Assembly (NCBI GenBank): GCA_031285625.1
Contig: JAITVV010000095.1
Coordinates: 192,001 to 256,000 of the forward strand
Direction: 5' to 3'
From: Prevotella sp.
GTDB lineage: Bacteria; Bacteroidota; Bacteroidia; Bacteroidales; Dysgonomonadaceae
Length of the DNA: 64,000 nt
How positions within the stretch are numbered: the first letter of the stretch is position 1; the number at the start of each line of letters is the position of its first letter. Shown here one piece after another: positions 45,834 through 55,728 of the stretch. The notes beneath the pieces were generated by a model. It made no database searches. It was not told the DNA's origin and saw nothing but the letters and a program-made list of their open reading frames with translations. The translations under genes were made by a program, and so were the position numbers.

Positions 45834-48722
45834 TTACAAAGTTTTCTTTACTTCTATTTCTTCAAAAGGTTCAATTACGTCACCTACTTTTATATCATTA
45901 TAATTGTGAATATTCAGACCACACTCATATCCGGCAGCAACTTCTTTCACATCGTCCTTGAATCGTTTCAACGATCCCAGTTCGCCGGAATAGATTACAA
46001 TACCATCGCGGATAAGGCGTATCTTATTGGCACGTTTCAGTTTACCTTCTTTTACCATACATCCGGCAACTGTACCAACCTTCGTGATCTTGAACACTTC
46101 ACGCACTTCTACATATCCGGTGAGTACCTCTTTGATTTCCGGTGATAACATACCTTCCATCGCCGATTTCACTTCTTCTATAGCGTCGTAAATGATAGAG
46201 TACAGGCGGATTTCAACACCGTCTTTATCAGCAGCCCTGCGTGCAGCCTGTGAAGGACGCACCTGGAACCCGATAATAATAGCATCGGATGCAGCAGCCA
46301 ATGTAGTATCCGATTCGGATATCTGCCCTACTGCTTTGTGAATTACATTCACCTGTATTTCTTCTGTCGAAAGTCTTATCAATGAGTCGGACAATGCTTC
46401 TACCGATCCGTCTACGTCTCCCTTTACAATTACGTTCAACTGCTGGAAGTTTCCGATAGCTATACGGCGGCCGATATCGTCCAGTGTAAGTATCTTCTGT
46501 GTACGCAAACCTTGTTCACGCTGTAGTTGTTCACGTTTCGAAGCAATTTCACGTGCTTCCTGTTCCGATTCCAGAACGTGGAATATGTCTCCGGCCTGTG
46601 GCGCACCATTCAATCCGAGAATTAAAGCAGGTGCTGCAGGTGCTGCAGATTCTATACTTTGGTTACGTTCGTTGAACATTGCCTTTACACGTCCAAAATA
46701 TGTTCCTGCCAATACGATATCCCCTTTTTTGAGTGTACCGTTTTCTACAAGGATAGTAGACAGGTAACCTCTACCTTTGTCGAGAGATGATTCGATAACC
46801 GACCCTGTTGCTCTTCTGTTTGGATTTGCTTTCAGATCAAGCATCTCGGCTTCGAGCAATACTTTCTCAAGTAACTCGTCAACTCCGAGTCCTTGTTTGG
46901 CTGAAATATCCTGAGACTGGTATTTTCCTCCCCATGATTCCACGAGGTAATTCATATTTGCCAGGGTCTCTTTTATCTTTTCAGGATTGGCTCCCGGTTT
47001 ATCTATTTTATTAATAGCGAATACAATTGGCACCCCTGCCGCAGAAGCATGGTTGATAGCCTCTACTGTCTGAGGCATGACATTATCGTCAGCCGCAACT
47101 ATAATAATTGCAATATCGGTTACTTTAGCACCACGAGCACGCATCGCTGTAAAGGCTTCGTGTCCCGGTGTATCGAGGAATGTAATACGGCGTCCCGATT
47201 TCAGCTTCACATTGTATGCTCCGATGTGCTGTGTGATACCTCCGGCCTCACCCGCGATAACGTTGGTTTGGCGTATGGTATCCAGTAACGAAGTTTTACC
47301 GTGGTCAACATGTCCCATCACAGTAACGATAGGTGCGCGAGGTTCCAGATCTTCCGGATTATCCTCCTCTTCGTTGATCGCTTCTACTACTTCGGCACTT
47401 ACGTATTCTGTTTTGAATCCGAACTCTTCGGCAACGATATTGATTGTTTCTGCATCGAGGCGCTGATTGATAGACACCATAATACCGATGCTCATACAGG
47501 TAGAAATAACTTTTACTACAGGAACATTCATCATGTTAGCCAGATCGTTCGCTGTAACAAATTCGGTAATCTTAAGAACTTTGCTTTCTTGTTCTTGCAA
47601 TTCCATTTCTTCGAGCTGTCTTTGAGAAACAGCATCGCGTTTTTCTTTTCTGTATTTAGCTCCCTTGTTCTTACCTCCTTTTTTGGTCAGGCGGGCAAGG
47701 GTTTCTTTTATTTGTTTTTGTACATCTTCTTCGTTTACAGCTTGTTTTATAACAGGCTTGCGAATACTATGTCTCGATTTGTTATCGCCACCACCATGTT
47801 GAGGTCCGCCTCCTTGGTTACCACCTTGAGGAAAAGCGCCTTTTTCAATATCTACCTTTCCTTTTTTAATACGGTTACGTTTCTTCTTGGCAGCGTCGTC
47901 GTTATCGGCGTTTGCTTTTCTTTTCTTAGCTTCTTCGTCTGTCTCTTTTTTCAACAGGCGAACAGTATTTTCTTTAACCTTTTTCTGATCCTGCATTTCT
48001 TTTTCAAGGCGCTCTTTCTTTTTCTCCGCTTTGGTTTTCTTTGCAGGACGGGTTTTATCATTGATGGTGCTGAGATCGATAGAACCTTTTACTACAATAT
48101 TGGATTTTATTGTAGCTTTGTTCAGCCTGAATACATCATCACCTTCTTTTTTCTCCTCTTCTTCTACAGGCGCTGCTGTTTCCCTGATTTCTTCTTTTGG
48201 TTCAGGGTGTACAGGTTCTTTCTCTGCTATTACTACTTCTTTTGGTTCTTCTTTTACAAGCACAGGCTCTTCTTTTACTTCTTCCTTTACAACAGGCTGC
48301 TCGGGTTGTTCTTCTACAACCGGCCCAACCTCTGGTTCAGGTGATTTTACTTCTGCTGGTTTTACTACTTCTACCTTCTTAGGTCTGTTCAGTGCATCCA
48401 AGTCTATTTTATCCACCACTTGTACATGTGGTTTGATAGAGTCGGGCACTTCTGTCTTTATTTCTTCCGGTTCATTCTGAGCTTTAGGTTCTTCCCGTTT
48501 TTCCGAAGCTTTGATGATTTCCTTCTTTTCTTCGCGTTTACTAAGTAAAGCATCGATATCAAGGTCTCTTCCAAATTCTCTTACCAGTAATTCATACGGT
48601 TCACTACCAATCTTAGTATTTGGATTCGACTCAACATCAAATCCTTTCTTATGCAGAAATTCAACAAGACTGTTGATTCCTACATTCAAATCTTTGGATA
48701 TTCTTATTAATCTTATAGACAT
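45834..48722 (-). CDS. infB: Translation initiation factor IF-2
   Basis: [36 protein letters not shown]. Confidence 0.99.
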   Translation of the reverse strand: MSIRLIRISKDLNVGINSLVEFLHKKGFDVESNPNTKIGSEPYELLVREFGRDLDIDALLSKREEKKEIIKASEKREEPKAQNEPEEIKTEVPDSIKPHVQVVDKIDLDALNRPKKVEVVKPAEVKSPEPEVGPVVEEQPEQPVVKEEVKEEPVLVKEEPKEVVIAEKEPVHPEPKEEIRETAAPVEEEEKKEGDDVFRLNKATIKSNIVVKGSIDLSTINDKTRPAKKTKAEKKKERLEKEMQDQKKVKENTVRLLKKETDEEAKKRKANADNDDAAKKKRNRIKKGKVDIEKGAFPQGGNQGGGPQHGGGDNKSRHSIRKPVIKQAVNEEDVQKQIKETLARLTKKGGKNKGAKYRKEKRDAVSQRQLEEMELQEQESKVLKITEFVTANDLANMMNVPVVKVISTCMSIGIMVSINQRLDAETINIVAEEFGFKTEYVSAEVVEAINEEEDNPEDLEPRAPIVTVMGHVDHGKTSLLDTIRQTNVIAGEAGGITQHIGAYNVKLKSGRRITFLDTPGHEAFTAMRARGAKVTDIAIIIVAADDNVMPQTVEAINHASAAGVPIVFAINKIDKPGANPEKIKETLANMNYLVESWGGKYQSQDISAKQGLGVDELLEKVLLEAEMLDLKANPNRRATGSVIESSLDKGRGYLSTILVENGTLKKGDIVLAGTYFGRVKAMFNERNQSIESAAPAAPALILGLNGAPQAGDIFHVLESEQEAREIASKREQLQREQGLRTQKILTLDDIGRRIAIGNFQQLNVIVKGDVDGSVEALSDSLIRLSTEEIQVNVIHKAVGQISESDTTLAAASDAIIIGFQVRPSQAARRAADKDGVEIRLYSIIYDAIEEVKSAMEGMLSPEIKEVLTGYVEVREVFKITKVGTVAGCMVKEGKLKRANKIRLIRDGIVIYSGELGSLKRFKDDVKEVAAGYECGLNIHNYNDIKVGDVIEPFEEIEVKKTL

Positions 48723-48804
48723 ATATTCTTATTAAATCTAAAAAATGGACAGTGAACCTAATAAATGCTTCTGAAAAATGAAGGTGGTAGACTTTCTCCG
48801 GATA

Positions 48805-48836
48805 CAAAAGTATTAAGAAATCAGCTAATCACCAAA
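48805..48836 (-). promoter_or_regulatory. Internal promoter upstream of infB
   Basis: Minus strand TTTG, 20-nt spacer, TACTTTTG. Confidence 0.65.
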
Positions 48837-48842
48837 TAAAGC

Positions 48843-50099
48843 TTACTCTTCATCATCGAATTCGGCACTTAGGATAGAAAGTATTTCGTCCACTGTGTTT
48901 TCTTCAAGGTCGGCTTCCTGGATCAGTTTTTCCCTGCTTGTAGCCAACACATTCTTAGCGGTTACACAGCCGATTTTCTTCAGCTGGTCAATTACCCATC
49001 CGTCAATTTCGTCACGGAATTCATCCAAATAGATATCTTCTTCGTCGAAATCATCTATATCACGGTATACATCGATTGTGTATCCTGTAAGCATACTGGC
49101 CAGTTTGATATTGAAACCGCCTTTACCGATAGCAAGTGATACTTCTTCGGGGCGAAGCAATACTTCTGCACGTTTCTCTTCTTCGTTTATCTTTACCGAA
49201 GTGATCTTAGCAGGGCTCAGTGCACGCTGTATATACAGGTTGAGATTTGATGTATAGTTGATAATATCGATGTTCTCGTTGCGCAACTCACGAACGATAC
49301 CATGTATACGCGAACCTTTCATCCCAACGCAGGCTCCCACAGGGTCGATGCGTTCGTCATATGATTCTACGGCAACTTTTGCTCTTTCGCCGGGTATACG
49401 TGCAATATTTTTTATTGTTATCAGTCCGTCGTTTATTTCCGGAACTTCAAGTTCCAGCAACCTTTCAAGGAATACCGGTGAAGTCCGTGATAGAATAATC
49501 TTAGGATTGTTATTTTTGTTTTCTACTCTTTCTACTACAGCGCGTACATGCTCGCCTTTGCGGAAAAAGTCGCTAGGGATCTGTTCTGTCTTCGGCAACA
49601 GAAGTTCTTCTTTTTCGTCGTCCAGCAACAGGATTTCTTTTTTCCAAATCTGGTAAACTTCGCCGGATACGATTTCTCCGATTTTTTCTTTATAGCGGTT
49701 ATACAGGCCTTCTTTCTGTAGTTCCAATATTTTCGAAGTCAATGTTTGACGCAGGTTAAGGATAGCACGGCGTCCAAAGTCTTCGAAGAATACTTCGTCT
49801 GTTACTTCTTCCCCTACTTCAAAGTCTTCATCTATTTTTTTAGCTTCAGAAAGAGCTATTTCTGTATTTTCATCTTCCAATTCGTCGTCTTCCACAATAA
49901 TGCGGTTGCGCCATATCTCAAGGTCTCCTTTGTCAGGGTTGATGATAACATCATAGTTGTCATTCGATCCAAACAATTTTGCTATTACGTTGCGGAAAGA
50001 GTCTTCGAGCACACTGATCATTGTCATCCGGTCGATGCTCTTCAATTCTTTAAATTCTGAGAATGTATCAATCAGATTGATAGTTTCTTTCTTAGCCAT
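48843..50099 (-). CDS. nusA: Transcription termination factor NusA
   Basis: S1 and KH domains; DPVGACVGMKGSRI, SLAIGKGG.N. Confidence 0.99.
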   Translation of the reverse strand: MAKKETINLIDTFSEFKELKSIDRMTMISVLEDSFRNVIAKLFGSNDNYDVIINPDKGDLEIWRNRIIVEDDELEDENTEIALSEAKKIDEDFEVGEEVTDEVFFEDFGRRAILNLRQTLTSKILELQKEGLYNRYKEKIGEIVSGEVYQIWKKEILLLDDEKEELLLPKTEQIPSDFFRKGEHVRAVVERVENKNNNPKIILSRTSPVFLERLLELEVPEINDGLITIKNIARIPGERAKVAVESYDERIDPVGACVGMKGSRIHGIVRELRNENIDIINYTSNLNLYIQRALSPAKITSVKINEEEKRAEVLLRPEEVSLAIGKGGFNIKLASMLTGYTIDVYRDIDDFDEEDIYLDEFRDEIDGWVIDQLKKIGCVTAKNVLATSREKLIQEADLEENTVDEILSILSAEFDDEE

Positions 50100-50104
50100 G
50101 ATTG

Positions 50105-50572
50105 TTATTTAAATCTTATTAAGTATTTTGTATATTTTACGTCGTCATATCCAAAAGAGAAGTCTTCTTCTACTGCAACTTTTTTCTTAGCGCCTTCGGG
50201 TTTTACCATCTTGGTAATAGTGACCACAAATCCATTATCGTCACAAGACTTGAGAATTCCGGAAAGCTTTTGTCCTTTTTTGGACAGCACCTCCACTTCG
50301 TTCCCTACATTTTTTTGATACTGGCGCGGGATTCTGAATGGTGATGTAATCCCTACCGAACCAACCTCCAGTTCAAAATCTTCCGTATCCCTGTCTAATT
50401 GAGATTCTATATTGCGGCTCAAGGCAATACAATCGTCAATACCAATACCCTCATCGCTATCGACCTCTACTACAATAATGTTTCCCGGTCTTACAGCAAC
50501 ATCTACAAGAAACATTGTTGTTCCTTCCAGATGCTTTTCTGTTATATCTCTAATGAATTCTTTTTCTATCAT
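50105..50572 (-). CDS. rimP: Ribosome maturation factor RimP
   Basis: IDDC..LSR, FELEVGS.G...PF; first gene of rimP-nusA-infB. Confidence 0.95.
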   Translation of the reverse strand: MIEKEFIRDITEKHLEGTTMFLVDVAVRPGNIIVVEVDSDEGIGIDDCIALSRNIESQLDRDTEDFELEVGSVGITSPFRIPRQYQKNVGNEVEVLSKKGQKLSGILKSCDDNGFVVTITKMVKPEGAKKKVAVEEDFSFGYDDVKYTKYLIRFK

Positions 50573-50585
50573 TTATCGAAGCAAT

Positions 50586-50638
50586 AAAAAAAGGAAGCGC
50601 CAGCCTCCTCTCCCTCTTTAATTTCGAAGACAAAAGTA
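50586..50638 (-). promoter_or_regulatory. rimP promoter and leader terminator-like hairpin
   Basis: TACTTTTG (50631-38), then GGAGGC-UGGC-GCUUCC-UUUUUUU just before the start codon. Confidence 0.65.
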
Positions 50639-50759
50639 CAAAAAAATATTTTTTGTTCCAAATTTAAGTACAAGTATTATATGATATAAGAATAATTCTT
50701 AATATCAGAGGGTTGTCATTATTTCATATCTCTTAGAATTTATCCTTTTCTTGTTTTCA

Positions 50760-50874
50760 TTGTCATGTTGAACGAAGTGAAACATCTCGCCCCATTTATC
50801 AAGGAAAAAGGCTAAGAGATTCTTCACTTCGTTCTGAAACAACGTTCGACGGAACGAAGTGTAGTCAATGACAA
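50760..50874. repeat. REP-like copy D with an extra internal hairpin
   Basis: TGTCATGTTGAACGAAGTGAAACATCTCGCCCCATTTATCAAGGA...GAGATTCTTCACTTCGTTC...GAACGAAGTG...ATGACAA. Confidence 0.8.
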
Positions 50875-50948
50875 CACTTTGTTAGTATAATTATATTCTA
50901 CAATCTATGATTACGTGTATAAAAAGTAGAAAAAAAACAATCGTATCA

Positions 50949-52472
50949 TTAGTCTAGTTGTACCGAATAAGTTATATCACTGGTTGCATTGTCTTTGATG
51001 TTTGCTACCGTAAAGGTTATCGGATACCAGTTGTTAAACATATTTCCCTTTGTTTTGGCATCGTATGCTTTTATCACATCTGCTTTTCCGCTGTCCATGA
51101 GCAGATCACCGTTATTATCGAAATGGATGTGATAAAAATTTGACGATTCTATGATCTTCGTCTCTTTCTCCAGAAGTAACCCATCATGCATTACTCTGTC
51201 TACAGCCTTTCTTACATCTTCTGCCAGATAATCCGACTCGATAACCAAAAGACCTATTCTACCATAACTTACCGACATAACATACGATACTCCTTTGGCC
51301 ATATCTTCCGCTTTTATAGTCTCTTTAGTAAGACTATCCGGATCGTCCGGAGAATCCATATCGAAACTGAACAGGTTGCGTTTGAAAGAATATATAATTC
51401 CACATTCTTTCTCCATGTCCGCATTTTTATACGAACTTCCTGATATCACTTCATCCAGTTTGATTCCCATATTCACCATCCCTATTGCATGCAACTCTTT
51501 ACGCGAATAATATTCAGTATAGTCACTTTTTGTAATATCCTGGCTAAGAGATGGCTTACTATCCATTATCTGCTTCGCAAAAGCATTCTGCTCAGCCAGA
51601 GAAGGAACGTAGGTCTTTGTTATTTCACCACTACTGACATAGGTTGGTGTGGAAATGGTGACAGGATTGAATGTATATCCTGTAAACTCATGAATATCGG
51701 TATTGGACGTCGCATCCGGACATATCAGATTTCCCAAGTATATTTTATCGCTAATAGCCGGGTTTATATATAGCCTTGTCGCATTTATTTCGAAATCGTC
51801 AAATTTCGTGGAAAACTTCACAGAATTAAATCTAAAAATTGGCAAACTTGGAGGCCGGAGTATATCTTTTCGCCCGACCTGAGACAGAGTCAGAGTTTCT
51901 TTTATTTTCCCATCGGTAAATGTGATGGCCGCCTGCCTACCCTGTACCCCTTCATATCTAGTTGCCTTGATGGTTATTTCTGCCGATTTATCTCCCGACA
52001 TGGGATTTACAGTAATCCAGTCAGGCACATCGTTTACTTCCCACTTCGTATTAGTTGTTAATTTTATCACTTTATCTTCACCAAAAACAGACAGGGCCAT
52101 CATTTTTTCATCTAGTTTTATAAAAGGATCCAAATCTTTCACACCCAACTGTTCTACTTCCAAATTCTGAATATTGTCCCCACAACGGAAAACAAGGGTT
52201 CCTTTTCGCCCCTCCATATCTTCATTTGCGGTAAGCTGAACAACAACTTCTCCGGAATACTCCGAAGAAGAGGGAGTCACAGTAATCCATTCGGGGACTC
52301 CTTCTACAGCCCATGTGAAATTGCATGTAAGATTCACGACCACCATTCCACCCATGGCATCTATTGTTATAGACTTTTTATCTAACCGGATAGAAGTGTC
52401 ATCTTTATCGTCGCATGAAAAGAAAGTAAGTGTTAAGAATGCAACCACAAGGGTTAAGAATAAATTTTTCAT
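50949..52472 (-). CDS. Lipoprotein with two BACON domains and a thiol-activated-cytolysin (CDC)-like core
   Basis: Lipobox FFSC; two BACON repeats (P.WITV.P.S); IYLGNL, YSFKRNLF..DMD.P, YVMSVSYGR, YPITFTV..IKDN. Confidence 0.72.
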   Translation of the reverse strand: MKNLFLTLVVAFLTLTFFSCDDKDDTSIRLDKKSITIDAMGGMVVVNLTCNFTWAVEGVPEWITVTPSSSEYSGEVVVQLTANEDMEGRKGTLVFRCGDNIQNLEVEQLGVKDLDPFIKLDEKMMALSVFGEDKVIKLTTNTKWEVNDVPDWITVNPMSGDKSAEITIKATRYEGVQGRQAAITFTDGKIKETLTLSQVGRKDILRPPSLPIFRFNSVKFSTKFDDFEINATRLYINPAISDKIYLGNLICPDATSNTDIHEFTGYTFNPVTISTPTYVSSGEITKTYVPSLAEQNAFAKQIMDSKPSLSQDITKSDYTEYYSRKELHAIGMVNMGIKLDEVISGSSYKNADMEKECGIIYSFKRNLFSFDMDSPDDPDSLTKETIKAEDMAKGVSYVMSVSYGRIGLLVIESDYLAEDVRKAVDRVMHDGLLLEKETKIIESSNFYHIHFDNNGDLLMDSGKADVIKAYDAKTKGNMFNNWYPITFTVANIKDNATSDITYSVQLD

Positions 52473-52570
52473 AGGGCAGTTGTTTTCAGATTGTTAACAA
52501 ATATAAGCATAAATCTGAATCCGAAAGCAAATATTACTATATTTACATAGTTTGATAGATAAAAAATAAA

Positions 52571-53230
52571 ATGTTTGACAATATAGAACTTTTTACAAAA
52601 CGTAATAATATAGCGGTACCACCCGACAGGGATCTGACAACTAAATCAGTCATTCACTGTACATGCGAGCTAAGTACAGGATTTGGAAGTAAGAATATAA
52701 AGTGGACATATGGAAATTCAATCAAGCTCACAAAGATGATTGAATTTTACAATAAATTATATTTTTTCGAAACTCATTCTAGTGTAGAAGAATTTGAATA
52801 TCAATTTGCTCACAATGATTTCTTTTATATTTTCAGTTGTTACAGAAGAGATAGGGATTTATTGTATGCCTTAAAAATGAGGTACTATGATAGGGAAAGA
52901 GTCTTGTTGGAAAAGAAAAACGTATACTGGAGAAATGAATTTTATATACACATAATGAAGAAACTGACATCATGCACCAATAATGATGTGAGTACCAAGA
53001 TAGGCGAACTGTTTTTTAAGATACGAAACGACTATCCTCACGACTATGAATATAAGATCGGACAGAAGGTAAAAACGCTATTGAGTGAAAATATAAAAAC
53101 CAAAAGAACAGGTTATGTGATAAACAGATTTTACCATGATAAGCGAAAAACAAGGTTGTACCAAATAATGGAAGATGGCACCCTATTAAATACATGGTAT
53201 CGTCCGGATGAACTGGAAAAGATTGATTAG
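52571..53230 (+). CDS. Hypothetical protein with a C-terminal SH3/KOW-like segment
   Basis: 219 aa, AT-rich; YKIGQKVK...G.V....H....Y...Y..DEL; stop codon abuts the rel stop. Confidence 0.65.
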   Translation: MFDNIELFTKRNNIAVPPDRDLTTKSVIHCTCELSTGFGSKNIKWTYGNSIKLTKMIEFYNKLYFFETHSSVEEFEYQFAHNDFFYIFSCYRRDRDLLYALKMRYYDRERVLLEKKNVYWRNEFYIHIMKKLTSCTNNDVSTKIGELFFKIRNDYPHDYEYKIGQKVKTLLSENIKTKRTGYVINRFYHDKRKTRLYQIMEDGTLLNTWYRPDELEKID

Positions 53231-55471
53231 TTAGTTTTGTTTTCTGTTAACCGCTTTTACTCCTTTTATTTTAGCAATTCGCGAACACAGTGTTTGCAGG
53301 TCATTTATATCATGTACATATACCATGATACGGCCTTCGAATACGCCATCATTGGATTCTATGCTCATGCTCTTAATATTCAGTGAGCCGGCAGTGATCA
53401 CCTTTGTAATATCATTGAGTATCCCCATACGGTCGATACCATTAACTGTGATAGCTGTAAAAAACGGAAACTGTGTGTAGCTGCCCCATTCCAGATTAAC
53501 GATCCTGTTACCCTGACTTGCTTTTAATTTCAGGCCTACGGGGCAATGAATGCTATGCACTTCAACTTCGTTGTTATCTGTTATATAACCGAATACTTTG
53601 TCGCCGGGTATAGGATTACAGCATGTGGGCATTCTAAAATTCTTATTGAAAGAATCTTCTTCGAGTATATATGTTTTCTTGGGATCAATGGCTTCAAAAT
53701 CAGGAGCCTTTTCTATCTTATCAGTTTTCTTTCCTACATGCAATGCCTGTCTCATGTAGCTGAAAATACCACTGTTAGGATTCTGTTTTTTGAGGGTCAG
53801 CAGCTTTTCTATCTTTTGTGGCAGTGCTATATCGTGATTTCCAATGGCATAATAAAGATCTTCTTTGTTGATTTTCTGATAATAGTCCATCATCCTGTCG
53901 ATGACGGTCGGTGTGATCTCTATACCGGTACCTTCCACGCTTTTATTCAATAATTCTTCTCCCTGTTTGGCTATTTCCCTTCGAAGCCTTCTCAGCGCAT
54001 ATTCTATTTTAGTACGGGCTTTTGCAGTGGTTACAAATCCGAGCCATTCGGGTTTCGGCTGCTGAGACTTGGAAGTAAGTATCTCCACCTGATCTCCACT
54101 GTTTAGCTTTTCGGTAAGAGGTACCAGTTTGTGGTTTACTTTTGCCCCGATACAATGATCTCCAATACCGGAGTGCAGGTCGTAAGCAAAATCGAGTGCC
54201 GTAGCGCCTTGTGCCAGCGTCCGGATTTCCCCCTTGGGCGTGAAGACGAATATCTCCTGAGAAAACAGGTTCAGTTTTATTGTATCCAGAAAGTCCATGG
54301 CATTCGGGCTTGGGCTTTCCAGTATTTCCTGAATGGTTTTCAGCCATTTATCAAGCTCTGTATCTTCTTCGATCTTACCTTCCTTGTATTTCCAATGGGC
54401 GGCAAATCCTTTTTCGGCTACGTCGTCCATACGGCGACTGCGTATTTGTATCTCTATCCATTGTCCGTCAGGCCCCATTACAGTAAGGTGTAGCGCCTGA
54501 TACCCGTTCGATTTGGGACGGCTTACCCAGTCTCTGATACGGTCGGGACGGAGCTTGTATATATCTGTTATTACGGAATAGATATCCCAACATCGTTTTT
54601 TCTCATCTATCCCTAATTCGTTTTCGAAAATGATGCGGACTGCAAAAATATCGTAGACTTCTTCAAAAGGAACTCCTTTGGCCTGCATTTTATTCCAGAT
54701 AGAGTAAACAGATTTTTCGCGGGCTCTGATCTCATATTGAAATCCCAGTTCGTTTAATTTTTCGATGACCGGTTGGGCAAAATGTTCATAGACATCTGTC
54801 CTGGTGCGGTGAGAGTCGCGTAACTTACTGGCTATTTCCTGATATTCCTGGGGATTCTCCCATTTGAAGCTGAGTTCTTCGAGTTCTGTTTTTATGGCAA
54901 ATAATCCGAGGCGGTGGGCAAGTGGGGCATAAATGTACATTGTTTCTCCGGCAATCTTATACTGCTTGGCCGGAGCCATGGAACCTAACGTGCGCATATT
55001 ATGCAGGCGGTCCGCTATCTTCACCAGTATCACCCGGATATCGTCGGACATGGTGAGCAGCAGCTTGCGAAAATTCTCTGCCTGCGCCGATACATTATCC
55101 CCAAACATACCACTTGATATTTTGGTCAGCCCGTCTACAATCTGGGCTATCTTGTCGCCAAAGAGGCCTTTTATATCTTCTACCGTATATTCTGTATCTT
55201 CTACAACATCATGGAGCAAAGCGGCACAGATGGAAGTGGAACCGAGTCCTATTTCCCCACAGACTATACGTGCAACAGCAATAGGATGCAGAATATAGGG
55301 TTCTCCCGAGCGACGGCGCGCACCTTTGTGTGCTTCCTTCGCCAAAAGAAATGCCTTGGTAATGATCTCGACCTTACGTCTGTGATTTGTTTTTAGGTAG
55401 TCATCTATCAGAGCATTAAATTCCGATTCGATGAGCAAATCATCTTGTGTATGTGTATCCTCTTTAGCCAT
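53231..55471 (-). CDS. relA: Long RelA/SpoT homolog (HD, synthetase, TGS, ACT)
   Basis: RRSGEPYI.HP, LHDVVED, KIADRLHNMRTL, PKSNGYQALH, EIQIR, CCNPIPGD. Start at ATG 55471 preferred. Confidence 0.97.
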   Translation of the reverse strand: MAKEDTHTQDDLLIESEFNALIDDYLKTNHRRKVEIITKAFLLAKEAHKGARRRSGEPYILHPIAVARIVCGEIGLGSTSICAALLHDVVEDTEYTVEDIKGLFGDKIAQIVDGLTKISSGMFGDNVSAQAENFRKLLLTMSDDIRVILVKIADRLHNMRTLGSMAPAKQYKIAGETMYIYAPLAHRLGLFAIKTELEELSFKWENPQEYQEIASKLRDSHRTRTDVYEHFAQPVIEKLNELGFQYEIRAREKSVYSIWNKMQAKGVPFEEVYDIFAVRIIFENELGIDEKKRCWDIYSVITDIYKLRPDRIRDWVSRPKSNGYQALHLTVMGPDGQWIEIQIRSRRMDDVAEKGFAAHWKYKEGKIEEDTELDKWLKTIQEILESPSPNAMDFLDTIKLNLFSQEIFVFTPKGEIRTLAQGATALDFAYDLHSGIGDHCIGAKVNHKLVPLTEKLNSGDQVEILTSKSQQPKPEWLGFVTTAKARTKIEYALRRLRREIAKQGEELLNKSVEGTGIEITPTVIDRMMDYYQKINKEDLYYAIGNHDIALPQKIEKLLTLKKQNPNSGIFSYMRQALHVGKKTDKIEKAPDFEAIDPKKTYILEEDSFNKNFRMPTCCNPIPGDKVFGYITDNNEVEVHSIHCPVGLKLKASQGNRIVNLEWGSYTQFPFFTAITVNGIDRMGILNDITKVITAGSLNIKSMSIESNDGVFEGRIMVYVHDINDLQTLCSRIAKIKGVKAVNRKQN

Positions 55472-55592
55472 AAATATATAGTAAGATACAAAAATAGTAA
55501 AATCAATCATTAATGAAAGCAAGTACCTTACAATAAATCGATCTTACTATGTTATTTGATATTAAGTTGTGATAAACATTTGTTGACGTATT

Positions 55593-55676
55593 TTTGTCAT
55601 GCTGACGACAGGAAGCATCCCGACCCATTTATCAAGGACAAAAGGCAAGAGATCCTTCGTTCCTCAGGATGACAAA
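55593..55676. repeat. REP-like copy E
   Basis: TGTCATGCTGACGACAGGAAGCATCCCGACCCATTTATCAAGGA...GAGATCCTTCGTTCCTCAGGATGACA. Confidence 0.85.
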
Positions 55677-55688
55677 GAGTATAAAAGA

Positions 55689-55714
55689 AAAGGAACGTTT
55701 CTATTCGTTCCTTT
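55689..55714 (-). terminator. Terminator after mltD
   Basis: AAAGGAACG...CGTTCCTTT with an A-run on the left, giving a U tail on the minus strand. Confidence 0.65.
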
Positions 55715-55728
55715 AAATCCTGATTGTA

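Noticed and set aside
47301-48344. 347-aa plus-strand ORF
   Set aside because: Antisense shadow of the Lys/Glu-rich infB N-terminus; Phe/Leu-rich with no motifs.
50761-50790. GTGAAACA / TGTTTCAC words resembling parS
   Set aside because: Only half-sites inside REP-like arms; no full TGTTTCACGTGAAACA palindrome was seen.
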